IMG/VR virus record: IMGVR_UViG_3300045051_000172 | Location: 32,001 to 96,000 of that record | DNA length: 64,000 bases | Strand: one strand, 5' to 3' | Origin: a virus | Shown: positions 53,952 to 62,132 of the stretch, piece after piece | Numbering within the stretch: the stretch's first letter is position 1 | Layout: each line of letters opens with the position of its first letter | The notes under the pieces: generated by a model | Database searches by the model: none | What the model was told of the DNA's origin: nothing | The model's input: the letters and a program-made list of their open reading frames with translations, nothing else | Program-made: the position numbers and the translations under genes

Positions 53952-55014
53952 AGGTTTAACAAAGGCTTCAATCGTCACTTCAATCTTGATTGGCGGCGCG
54001 ATTACTCTCCTAGCCTACGTTAAGTATCCTTTCGAAAGCACACTTGGACCCCTTCAACAAGAAACTAAAATTGTTGAAAAAGAAGTTCCCGCAAAAGAAA
54101 CAGCCACAAATACGGCTACCGCGAAAATCAAAGAGCTTCTTTACACTCCAGCGAATGGAACTCCGGCCAATGATGTGAAGATTCTTCCAGTGAAACCTTC
54201 TCCTGCAAAAACCGAAAAGCAACAAACAATTATTTTGGGCAAGAAAAATACTTTGGTTTTGAAAGGCGTAGTCAATATGCTCTCCGTCTCAAAGCTTCAA
54301 CAAGAAGCAATTTTGATGTCGGCGAAACTTGATAAGAACACCCCGATCTATCTGGTCCTTGACACTCCCGGCGGCTCCGTCACTGCAGGTCAGATCCTTG
54401 TGGATACTCTTAAAGCCCTCCCAAATAAAGTTCACACGATTACCCTTTTCTCGGCATCCATGGGTTATCACATCGTTCAACGACTTGATGATCGATTGAT
54501 TCTCCCCTCAGGTACTCTTATGAGTCACCGTATGCGAGTTGGCGGAATCGAAGGACAAGTCCCTGGAGAAGCCGTTACCGCAATGAATGATACGATTCGT
54601 CTCGCGAATAAACTTGACCGAGAAGTTTCCGAAAGAATCAATATGCCTTTCGAAGAATATAGAGCCGCAATCCGAGATGAACTTTGGTTAGATGGTTCTG
54701 ATTCAGTTGCTCAAAACATGGCAGATAAAGAAATTCTGGCCCTTTGCGGACAAGACATGATGGGCACCTATGAAGAAAAGATCGACCTCCTGTTCTTTGT
54801 CATCAAAGCCACTTGGTCCGAATGCCCTTTGATTCGATTTCCAGTCAAGGTAGAAATGGCCGATCTGACCAGATCTCGACAGATTTTCGGAATCCAAGCA
54901 GCGGCAAAACAAGCTGAATATGAAAAATTTATCAATACTTTAATGTACGATAAAGCCAAATTTGTCCATGAATACATCGTTACGGACAAATACAAAGAAT
55001 TCATATCACAATAA
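53926..55014 (+). CDS. clpP: ClpP-like serine protease 2 with N-terminal membrane anchor
   Basis: TM 'ASIVTSILIGGAITLLAYV', 'LVLDTPGGSV'; Ser 'SASMG', His 'MSHR', Asp 'RDELWL'. Confidence 0.78.
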   Translation: MEKLIKLLKGLTKASIVTSILIGGAITLLAYVKYPFESTLGPLQQETKIVEKEVPAKETATNTATAKIKELLYTPANGTPANDVKILPVKPSPAKTEKQQTIILGKKNTLVLKGVVNMLSVSKLQQEAILMSAKLDKNTPIYLVLDTPGGSVTAGQILVDTLKALPNKVHTITLFSASMGYHIVQRLDDRLILPSGTLMSHRMRVGGIEGQVPGEAVTAMNDTIRLANKLDREVSERINMPFEEYRAAIRDELWLDGSDSVAQNMADKEILALCGQDMMGTYEEKIDLLFFVIKATWSECPLIRFPVKVEMADLTRSRQIFGIQAAAKQAEYEKFINTLMYDKAKFVHEYIVTDKYKEFISQ

Positions 55015-55123
55015 GCCTTGACATTATTGCGTACTTCTGTCACAACTGAAGTATGTAACAAAGGAGTTGAGATACTCGACCCCGCCAAAATAACCGTGCC
55101 TTATTGCACAAAGCGGATAGAGT

Positions 55124-55678
55124 ATGAACAATTCCAAACGAGAGGTTCTCAAACGCCTCGAAAAAACCCAACCTAGAAATTACTGGAATACCAGCGGTAA
55201 AGACCGTCAGTTCATGCGCTCTGCAAAAGATCCAGATCCGACTTGCGAGCCGGAAAAACAAATAGTTCCCTGCCAAAAATGTCAATCAACTGACTTAGAA
55301 ATCACCCGAGTAAAGGGCCCAGCGTTTGACGTGAAATGTAGAACGTGCAGTCATGAAATGCTCGGAGTTCATGGAAGAATCACAAAAGAACCAGAAAATG
55401 AATGGTGGATTGATTCCCCGGAACACGGATACTGCTTTTGGAAGTTTATTCAGGATAAATCGACTCCGGACGGCAAAATGGAGCCAATGCAGCAAAATGA
55501 GATTGCCAAGTATTTTGGCTGTTCTGCCACTAAAATTCACTTTATTCTGAAGCAAGCAATTGCCAAGATCAAAGCCCAAGGGCTGGATGAGGTCTTAAAG
55601 GACTTCACTTCAATTGAGCCGACCGGCGAAGCTATCCGCCCCACTATCACTAATTACGACTCTGATTCCGAAGATTAA
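55124..55678 (+). CDS. Zinc-ribbon plus sigma70 region-4-like HTH protein (putative transcription regulator)
   Basis: 'CQKC...CRTC' and 'PMQQNEIAKYFGCSATKIHFILKQAIAKIK'. Confidence 0.6.
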   Translation: MNNSKREVLKRLEKTQPRNYWNTSGKDRQFMRSAKDPDPTCEPEKQIVPCQKCQSTDLEITRVKGPAFDVKCRTCSHEMLGVHGRITKEPENEWWIDSPEHGYCFWKFIQDKSTPDGKMEPMQQNEIAKYFGCSATKIHFILKQAIAKIKAQGLDEVLKDFTSIEPTGEAIRPTITNYDSDSED

Positions 55679-55711
55679 AAAGCTAATCTTTCCCTATGGT
55701 AGACTGAAACA

Positions 55712-56554
55712 ATGGAAACAGTGTTCAAGGCTATTATTCCGGTTGAAATCGATAAAAGTTCAACCGAAGGGGAATGGAAAATCAGGGGATTAGCCAGTAC
55801 CTCCTCAAGAGATCAACAAGGCGAAGTCGTACTTCAAGAAGGTCTTGACATCTCTCCCATCGAGCAGAAAAAAGGCTATTTCAATTTCGACCATAAAGTC
55901 GGACCTGAGAATATGGTCGGTTTGATCGATGGAGGTCGCAAGACTCCAGAAGGATTTTTCGTAGAAGGTCGACTCTTCAAAAACCACGATAAGGCTAAAG
56001 CTTTATACCAAATCATGTCTTCTCTCGGCAAGTCCGATAGAGGCCGAGTTGGGATGTCGGTTGAAGGTGTCATCCGCGAGCGCGCGGGCCAAGATGGCAA
56101 GATCATCAAACGAGCCATGATTAAGGCCGTAGCCCTCACTATGAACCCAGTCAATCAGGACACTTATGTGGATATCGCTAAGTCCCTGAATGCTGAAGGT
56201 ATCGATATGGAAGAGAGTTTCAACCTCGGAGTCAGTGAAGATCTGAGTAATGTTCTCTCTGAAGAAGTTCACAAAGCTTTAGGCGTATCAAGTGCTTATG
56301 CCACTAGTACCCCTGCCCAATTAGAAGGCGGGGATGCTCTGGCTCAAGAAAGCCTCGATTCCAAAAAGAAGAAGAAAAAGAAGCTTAAGAAGATGGACGC
56401 CACCATGGCAAAATCCATGATTGGGACGGTTTTGGAGAAACTCCAGATCCTCTATCCTGACTTCTCAAGAACCCAACTTTTCGAACTCTTCAAGGATCGC
56501 CTGAACCAAAGATTCCCCGATTTAACAGGTTCTAAAGAAAACAAAATTAATTAA
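55712..56554 (+). CDS. Prohead maturation protease
   Basis: 'IRGLASTSSRDQQGE', His 'NFDH', Ser 'GMSVEG', 'VALTMNPVNQDT'; upstream of scaffold and capsid. Confidence 0.85.
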   Translation: METVFKAIIPVEIDKSSTEGEWKIRGLASTSSRDQQGEVVLQEGLDISPIEQKKGYFNFDHKVGPENMVGLIDGGRKTPEGFFVEGRLFKNHDKAKALYQIMSSLGKSDRGRVGMSVEGVIRERAGQDGKIIKRAMIKAVALTMNPVNQDTYVDIAKSLNAEGIDMEESFNLGVSEDLSNVLSEEVHKALGVSSAYATSTPAQLEGGDALAQESLDSKKKKKKKLKKMDATMAKSMIGTVLEKLQILYPDFSRTQLFELFKDRLNQRFPDLTGSKENKIN

Positions 56555-56607
56555 AAGTGCTATGATAAGGCATAGATTTAACCGCTAGGTAACAAGGAGA
56601 TTTTCAA

Positions 56608-56823
56608 ATGGCGCTATCAAAAGGTCGACGACAAGGACGAAGTTTACGAAAGACGAATACCATTAAGCCAAAATCGGCTGAACAAGGTATGCTCATCAAT
56701 CAAGATTCTCTTATTGATGTATTGAATGCAATCAAAGAAGCAGTTGCTGACGCGACTGATCTTGCTACGCTTCAATCTGGAATTGCAGCGATTTCTATTC
56801 CAAGCAAACTGAGACTTCGATAA
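56608..56823 (+). CDS. Small head-module protein
   Basis: 71 aa; TGcTATGAT promoter and AAGGAG RBS. Confidence 0.55.
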   Translation: MALSKGRRQGRSLRKTNTIKPKSAEQGMLINQDSLIDVLNAIKEAVADATDLATLQSGIAAISIPSKLRLR

Positions 56824-56854
56824 TTTTTAGAAAAGTTTTAACGGAGGCGTTATC

Positions 56855-57766
56855 ATGGCAGATCAAGTTCAAAATACAGAAGAACTCAAAAAATCAATGG
56901 ATCAATTGATCGAAGAGTTTTTTGCGGAAGAAGAGGCCACTGCCTCCGAAGAAGTTAAAAAATCTGAGCCCAAGGCTGAGGAAAAGAAGGAAGAGGGTAC
57001 GGCCACTTTAGAAAAAGCATCTGATGCTATTTCTCAAATCATCGGCGAACCCAAACAAGCTAAGGAAGAAAGTGACCCGAACAAAACTCCGGCCACTTTA
57101 GCTGACTCTTCAGATAACAACATCAAAGAGAAATCTGAAGATGATGAAAAGAACGGCAAAAAACGCGGTCGTCCAAATGACCTTTCTCAAATGTCAATGC
57201 GAGATATGTCTACTGGCGAAAGCAAGGGCTCTTATGATGCTTCTATCGCAGAAGCGGCTGTTTCTCCTGCCAAAGCAGAAGACAGCCAAGTTTCTCCTCC
57301 TGAGCACATGAAAAAAGCTGAGACTGTTGAAATCTCCAAAGAAGAATACGAAGCTCTTAAGAAATCTGCTGAAGAAAATAAAAAGGCAGAAGAACTTAAG
57401 AAAGCTGAAGTAGTCAAAGCTGACACTGAGCGACTTGTTAAGTCTGCCGTTGAAAGCGCTACTGCTGAAATTCGAAAAGAAAAAGACGAAATCGCCAAGA
57501 AACTTGAAGAAACTACTATTCTTGTCAAATCGTTCTTGAAACAACCGAAACCTCGTAAATCGATCTCTTCTGTGGCCGCTCTCGAAAAAGGCGGATACGA
57601 AGGCGAACAAGCCAAAGTGTTCAGCAAGTCAGAAATGCTTGATGCCGCTGAAGAACTTGTTAAGTCGAAAGAACTTACGATGGAAGACGTTATTGAACTC
57701 GAAAACACGGGCACGATTCACGATAAGTCGAAGCGCGCTGCTGTTGAACGAAAACTTCGTTCTTAA
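56855..57766 (+). CDS. Capsid scaffolding protein
   Basis: Acidic/Lys-rich coiled coil between protease and MCP with ~11 K-[S/A] sites; GGAGG RBS. Confidence 0.7.
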   Translation: MADQVQNTEELKKSMDQLIEEFFAEEEATASEEVKKSEPKAEEKKEEGTATLEKASDAISQIIGEPKQAKEESDPNKTPATLADSSDNNIKEKSEDDEKNGKKRGRPNDLSQMSMRDMSTGESKGSYDASIAEAAVSPAKAEDSQVSPPEHMKKAETVEISKEEYEALKKSAEENKKAEELKKAEVVKADTERLVKSAVESATAEIRKEKDEIAKKLEETTILVKSFLKQPKPRKSISSVAALEKGGYEGEQAKVFSKSEMLDAAEELVKSKELTMEDVIELENTGTIHDKSKRAAVERKLRS

Positions 57767-57791
57767 TTTCTAAAAGTTCAATTTAAGTTTG

Positions 57792-57891
57792 TGCTACGAT
57801 AGGTTATCCAATACCCTGGACTCAACCTCAACCGAGTCCTACAGCCAGTTTACCGGCTAAAGTCCCACAAAGGACACATTCCACTAAGGAG
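57792..57891 (+). promoter_or_regulatory. MCP promoter (TGcTACGAT) and three-hairpin 5' leader
   Basis: GGACTC/GAGTCC, AGCC/GGCT and GTCC/GGAC stems, then the AAGGAG RBS. Confidence 0.5.
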
Positions 57892-57900
57892 TATTTTAAA

Positions 57901-59334
57901 ATGGATAGTCTTAATCAACTACCCCAAGATCTTACTGGCTTTGGTGCTGCTAATGCTCAAGAAATCGAACAACTTCAAAAAGCGTTGTCAATCGGTTCTG
58001 AATATGCTACGCAAACCCCTGGGACATTAACCCAAGGTGCTGCGCTTGCTGTTGAAGACCTTGACCGTACTTTGAAACTCGTTACCCACAGCATGGAACA
58101 CATCAAGCTTTGGAAAGATATTGGTAAAGAAAAAGTGAGCCAAACGGTTCATGAATTTAACGTGCAAAACAGCTATGGAAATGAAGTTCCCGTATTTTTT
58201 CAAATGGGCGGAACTCCATCTTCAACCGATGCTAAATATGCTCGCGATGTCGCGATTGTAAAGTATCTTGGAACCCAAGGACAAGTTCAACACAACTTGA
58301 CCCTTATCCAAGCCGCTCACGGTCCCGTTATCGCTCGCGAAGTCAAGAACAAGACGATTGAACTCTTGTCGCGTAATGAACGCGCCATGTTCAGCGCTGA
58401 TTCTTCGATCAACTCGCTTGAGTATGATGGTATCGAAGCTCAAATCGCTTCAAAAGAAGGTCAAGCTAAGTACAAATCGACTGCTTTCGCAGGATATGAT
58501 GGTCTCGGCGTTGACGATTCCGTATTTATCGACATGCGAAGCCGTGACGATATCTTGGATGAAGACTCTTGTGAAGAAGCCTGCTTGAGAGCAGTGAATA
58601 ACTTTGGTATGCCAATGGATATGTACTTGGCCACCGACGTTCACTCTGATTTCAGCCGCGCTTTCTACGCAAAGCAAGTTACTCGTCCTGGAGATCGATC
58701 TGCTGCTGGTTACTTGGTTCCTGAATTCGTTGGAACTTTGAATTTCCGATTCAAAGCTAACTTGTTCAACCGAGCCCGCAAATCGCCTCTCGCTTCTGCG
58801 GTTTCTGCTTCTGCAGCTCCCACTCTCGCTTCGCCACTCAGCCCTGCTGACGCGGCTTCCGAGTTTGCTTCTGACGACGCTGGTACCTATGGCTACAAGA
58901 TTTCTGCAGTATATTCGGATGGCGAAACCCTTCCGTCTTCTGAGTCTTCTTTGGCTGTTGCCGCTGGCGACAAAGTAACGCTTGCAATCACCTACTCAGG
59001 CTCGCCTGTTTACTTGAATGCATTCCGTTCTGCGAAAGATGCTGCTGGTTCTAATTGGCAATTCATTGGTCGAATCGCACCTGCTGGTTCGGGCAATGCT
59101 CATAACGTCGATTACAACAAAAAGCTTCCTGGACGCAGTTCAGCTTTCTTACTTATGCATGATCCGGATGCGCTTGTTTTCAAGCAACTCGGCTCTATGA
59201 TTAAGTATGACTTGGCTGTTACTGACACTTCGTACAAATGGTTACAACTGTTGTACGGAATGGTCGTTATCCAAGCTCCTCGTAAACACATTATTCTTGA
59301 GAATATTGCGTTGTCGAGAGATGTTTCGGCTTAA
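57901..59334 (+). CDS. Major capsid protein (HK97 fold, resembles Twort/SPO1-like MCPs)
   Basis: 477 aa after protease and scaffold. The N-terminal 'QKALSIG...GAALAVEDLDRTLKLVT...IKLWKDI' parallels my recollection of the phage K-type MCP. It has a strong RBS and a terminator. Confidence 0.88.
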   Translation: MDSLNQLPQDLTGFGAANAQEIEQLQKALSIGSEYATQTPGTLTQGAALAVEDLDRTLKLVTHSMEHIKLWKDIGKEKVSQTVHEFNVQNSYGNEVPVFFQMGGTPSSTDAKYARDVAIVKYLGTQGQVQHNLTLIQAAHGPVIAREVKNKTIELLSRNERAMFSADSSINSLEYDGIEAQIASKEGQAKYKSTAFAGYDGLGVDDSVFIDMRSRDDILDEDSCEEACLRAVNNFGMPMDMYLATDVHSDFSRAFYAKQVTRPGDRSAAGYLVPEFVGTLNFRFKANLFNRARKSPLASAVSASAAPTLASPLSPADAASEFASDDAGTYGYKISAVYSDGETLPSSESSLAVAAGDKVTLAITYSGSPVYLNAFRSAKDAAGSNWQFIGRIAPAGSGNAHNVDYNKKLPGRSSAFLLMHDPDALVFKQLGSMIKYDLAVTDTSYKWLQLLYGMVVIQAPRKHIILENIALSRDVSA

Positions 59335-59365
59335 TTCTAAACCTCAGTAAGTCCTGAGTAAGAGA

Positions 59366-59402
59366 GGCTCCTAGGTGAAAACTTAGGGGCCTTTTCTTTT
59401 TT
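59366..59402 (+). terminator. Intrinsic terminator after the MCP gene
   Basis: 10-bp stem GGCTCCTAGG/CTTAGGGGCC, loop TGAAAA, then TTTTCTTTTTT. Confidence 0.85.
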
Positions 59403-59455
59403 GTGCGAAAGAAAATAAATCCAATGATATACTGTAGTTAGAAAGAGGTGTTTAT

Positions 59456-59797
59456 ATGGGGATTTCACAATTTTTAATCAATTTAGCGAATCAAGCCGAC
59501 CCTAGAGATAAGGTTTCGGGCGAAATTCTTCTTATTTCGGAAATGATGAAGATTATGGCGGGAGATCAGTCTCTTGCTTTGGATCATTTCATTTCCAAAG
59601 CTCAAGCGGAAAGCGACGATGAAACTTATAATTTCTTGTCGAATATCAAATCTGCTTGCGAAGAATTAAGCGAGAAGCAAGATGGAGCCTTTGTTCCTGG
59701 AACTCCAGCGAACTGGGCAGTTGCTCCTACTAGCGTTCAAGAAGCTATCGATATGTTGGCTGAGAAAGTATCCGACGGCGGAGTTGATCCTGTCTAA
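59456..59797 (+). CDS. Hypothetical protein, possibly virion-associated
   Basis: TGaTATACT promoter and GAGGT RBS; C-terminal 'APTSVQEAIDMLA'. Confidence 0.6.
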   Translation: MGISQFLINLANQADPRDKVSGEILLISEMMKIMAGDQSLALDHFISKAQAESDDETYNFLSNIKSACEELSEKQDGAFVPGTPANWAVAPTSVQEAIDMLAEKVSDGGVDPV

Positions 59798-60369
59798 GGT
59801 TCAGTTCTAGGTTCTTCTTGAAGATACCCATCAAGTTCGGTTTTAGTTCCGAACATCTTCAGGATTTCTAAAGCTTTTAACATGGTGAGACCGTCTAGGT
59901 AGGAAGTTCTTACGAGACGGTCTCTCACGTTATCAAAGTCATTATCATCATCTACACAGACAAACTTATCCCGAGGAACATTGTTCTCTTGGGCCCATTT
60001 GAGGCAGAGATCTCCTCGTTGAAGTATATTTGGATTGCCCCAGCTCGTGCGACCTTCCATTTTGTCTCCTGTTAAAACTTCAGTCATAGCGATCAATTTC
60101 TCTTGTGGAACTCCGTGTTTCTTAAGAATCCATTTGATTTGATCTAAGGTAAAGTGCTTCCTCCAACTGGAAGAAATTACGATTCGAATTTCTTTATCTT
60201 CTGAGAGAATGAACTTCAGGGCTTCCACACAATAGGGGTTGATGCTCCTAGAAGCAGCCCTCTTCGCTCGATCCTTTGCCGTCGAATAAAGACTCGGAAA
60301 GGAATTCCTGTGAAGATCATGGGCAACATTATTTAAAACTCCATCAAAATCTAAGAATAGAATCTTCAT
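59794..60369 (-). CDS. HAD phosphatase of the 'Swiss Army Knife' RNA-repair type
   Basis: 'KILFLDFDGVLN', 'IVISSSWR', 'RGD', 'VCVDDD'. Confidence 0.78.
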   Translation of the reverse strand: MKILFLDFDGVLNNVAHDLHRNSFPSLYSTAKDRAKRAASRSINPYCVEALKFILSEDKEIRIVISSSWRKHFTLDQIKWILKKHGVPQEKLIAMTEVLTGDKMEGRTSWGNPNILQRGDLCLKWAQENNVPRDKFVCVDDDNDFDNVRDRLVRTSYLDGLTMLKALEILKMFGTKTELDGYLQEEPRTEP

Positions 60370-60541
60370 TTTTCACCCTATCAGTCCAGGCATGTTTGCA
60401 AGTTAAGCAGTCATAATGTCGATAAGTTCGAATTAATACGGGCCGAATAATACTTTCAGCGCAGATTTCAGTATTGGGAGTTTTGGTTTCTGGCCAAACC
60501 ATCGAAGAGGTCCATTGACTGTTACATTTAGGACAATTCAT
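60344..60541 (-). CDS. Small zinc-finger protein
   Basis: 'CPKC' and 'CLTC'. Confidence 0.55.
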   Translation of the reverse strand: MNCPKCNSQWTSSMVWPETKTPNTEICAESIIRPVLIRTYRHYDCLTCKHAWTDRVKNEDSILRF

Positions 60542-60978
60542 TTTATTTCCTGATCTACTGGAACGAATATATCGAAGCCGGTGTCATCTTCTGGAGCTTC
60601 AACTGAATCCGGGAATACAATTCCGAATTTATATCTTTGGTATTCGAATCTGTTTCCAGTCCATATAGCCTCTTCGGCGTTCCGGCAATGACCATAATAA
60701 GTTCTTCCCACTACATAATCTGACTTGGGGATCATTCCAGCTTCATAGGCTTTTTTAAGACAACCCTCTTTATCGGCTTTCATGTCTCCTGGACGGAGGA
60801 AGGTGTGATAGATCTCGTGAGCTTTCAATCGAAAATCTTTCTTGTCCTGGCATTTTTTACTGCAGAAATGTTCTTCAAATCCATCTCTGAATCGTTTGAG
60901 CCAGATAGTATTGTCTGCAGTGTAGAAATCTAAAAAGGCCCGACAAGTATCGCAGGTATATCCGTCATCTCTTTCCAT
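60538..60978 (-). CDS. Hypothetical protein with N-terminal zinc finger (start moved to MERDDGYTC)
   Basis: GGAG RBS; 'CDTC...FCSKKC'. Confidence 0.6.
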   Translation of the reverse strand: MERDDGYTCDTCRAFLDFYTADNTIWLKRFRDGFEEHFCSKKCQDKKDFRLKAHEIYHTFLRPGDMKADKEGCLKKAYEAGMIPKSDYVVGRTYYGHCRNAEEAIWTGNRFEYQRYKFGIVFPDSVEAPEDDTGFDIFVPVDQEIK

Positions 60979-61522
60979 CGATAATCTCCATGATTTGATC
61001 GATTGAAACAGGATAGTAATCCCAAACGTCAACTCCAACATTAATCATGCGTCCGTTGACTTTCCAAGAACCATGAACGTGTCCATGAATCAACCATTGA
61101 CCTTGATCTTTAGGGCGGCGCTCGGCGTAGCGAACTTTATAGTTATTCCTCTCGGCATCCGCCTGTTCTCCAGAGAGGTAGGGATAGTGGCAGAGAATAG
61201 CCTTGTGACCGTTTGGAAGGGCATATTGGGCGCGGGTCACGATAGTCTCGAAGCAATCTCTCGGAATATTCTTCTCTTTATCGTGGTTACCTTGGATCAA
61301 AACTTTGGTTCCATTGAGATCCTGGAGCACTTTACGAGTGCTGGAGGATTGCATGAAGGAGAAGTCGCCGACGATCATTACACGATCTCTAGGGGCAACC
61401 CGTTCGTTCCAGCGGCGTTTTAACTCACGGTGCATCTCTTCAAGGTCAGCAAAGGGCCTGTTCGATAACTGAAGAATGTTTTTGTGCCCGAAATGTTCGT
61501 CGGACGAGAACCAGTCAGCCAT
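60965..61522 (-). CDS. Calcineurin-like metallophosphoesterase
   Basis: 'SDEHFGH', 'VGDFS', 'GNHD', 'CHYP', 'HGHVH'. Confidence 0.88.
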   Translation of the reverse strand: MADWFSSDEHFGHKNILQLSNRPFADLEEMHRELKRRWNERVAPRDRVMIVGDFSFMQSSSTRKVLQDLNGTKVLIQGNHDKEKNIPRDCFETIVTRAQYALPNGHKAILCHYPYLSGEQADAERNNYKVRYAERRPKDQGQWLIHGHVHGSWKVNGRMINVGVDVWDYYPVSIDQIMEIIDGKR

Positions 61523-61527
61523 AAGCC

Positions 61528-61556
61528 AGAATACTCCAATTTTATCTATTTTTCAA
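61528..61556 (-). promoter_or_regulatory. Promoter TTGAAA-17-TATTCT, leaderless start
   Basis: ATG 61522 is 5 nt after the -10 hexamer. Confidence 0.5.
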
Positions 61557-61674
61557 TTGTTGCCCCTGAGGCAATTTATGTCAAGTAAAATGCATGAAAA
61601 ACTTGACTCTTTTACATGAAACGTGATTAAAATTTCATGCACTTAGTCTCATAAGTTATTGAAATCATTGACGG

Positions 61675-61702
61675 TTGACTTTCTCTACCAATTTAGTATA
61701 CT
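61675..61702 (+). promoter_or_regulatory. Promoter TTGACT-16-TATACT
   Basis: It precedes the AGGAGG RBS of 61721. Confidence 0.55.
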
Positions 61703-61720
61703 GACTTTAGGAGGAAAGCT

Positions 61721-61909
61721 ATGAACACAAATATCAAATCAAATCACAGTCACCTGATTGGTCAAGCCGTGAAAGGTTTCCGCAAATCCAAGATTCTCTC
61801 GATCAACGAAGACCATGAAATCACTTTTGAGTATGAAGTGCTTCCTGGAGTTGTTAAGCAAGACACCCGAGATTTAGCTCAGGTTGAAGTGCTTACTATC
61901 GGAGGATAA
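61721..61909 (+). CDS. Small hypothetical protein
   Basis: 62 aa; AGGAGG RBS. Confidence 0.6.
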   Translation: MNTNIKSNHSHLIGQAVKGFRKSKILSINEDHEITFEYEVLPGVVKQDTRDLAQVEVLTIGG

Positions 61910-61937
61910 CTTGAGCGAATTAGCCAGGAGACGTGAA

Positions 61938-62132
61938 ATGAAAAGTATGTATATCGGAAATGCTTATCCAGTTCCCCACGAGTGCAAGACTTGCAAGTTC
62001 GAATGGAACGAAGGAATGTACTACGAACGAGATACAAACTACGAAGGTTACGTTCTCGAAGACGGCGGAACTTGCCCTAATTGCGGCGAAGAAGATGAAA
62101 AATTAGTTGGAAAAAAGGAGAATCTTAAATGA
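61938..62132 (+). CDS. Small zinc-ribbon protein (start moved to ATG 61938)
   Basis: AGGAG RBS; 'CKTC...CPNC'. Confidence 0.55.
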   Translation: MKSMYIGNAYPVPHECKTCKFEWNEGMYYERDTNYEGYVLEDGGTCPNCGEEDEKLVGKKENLK

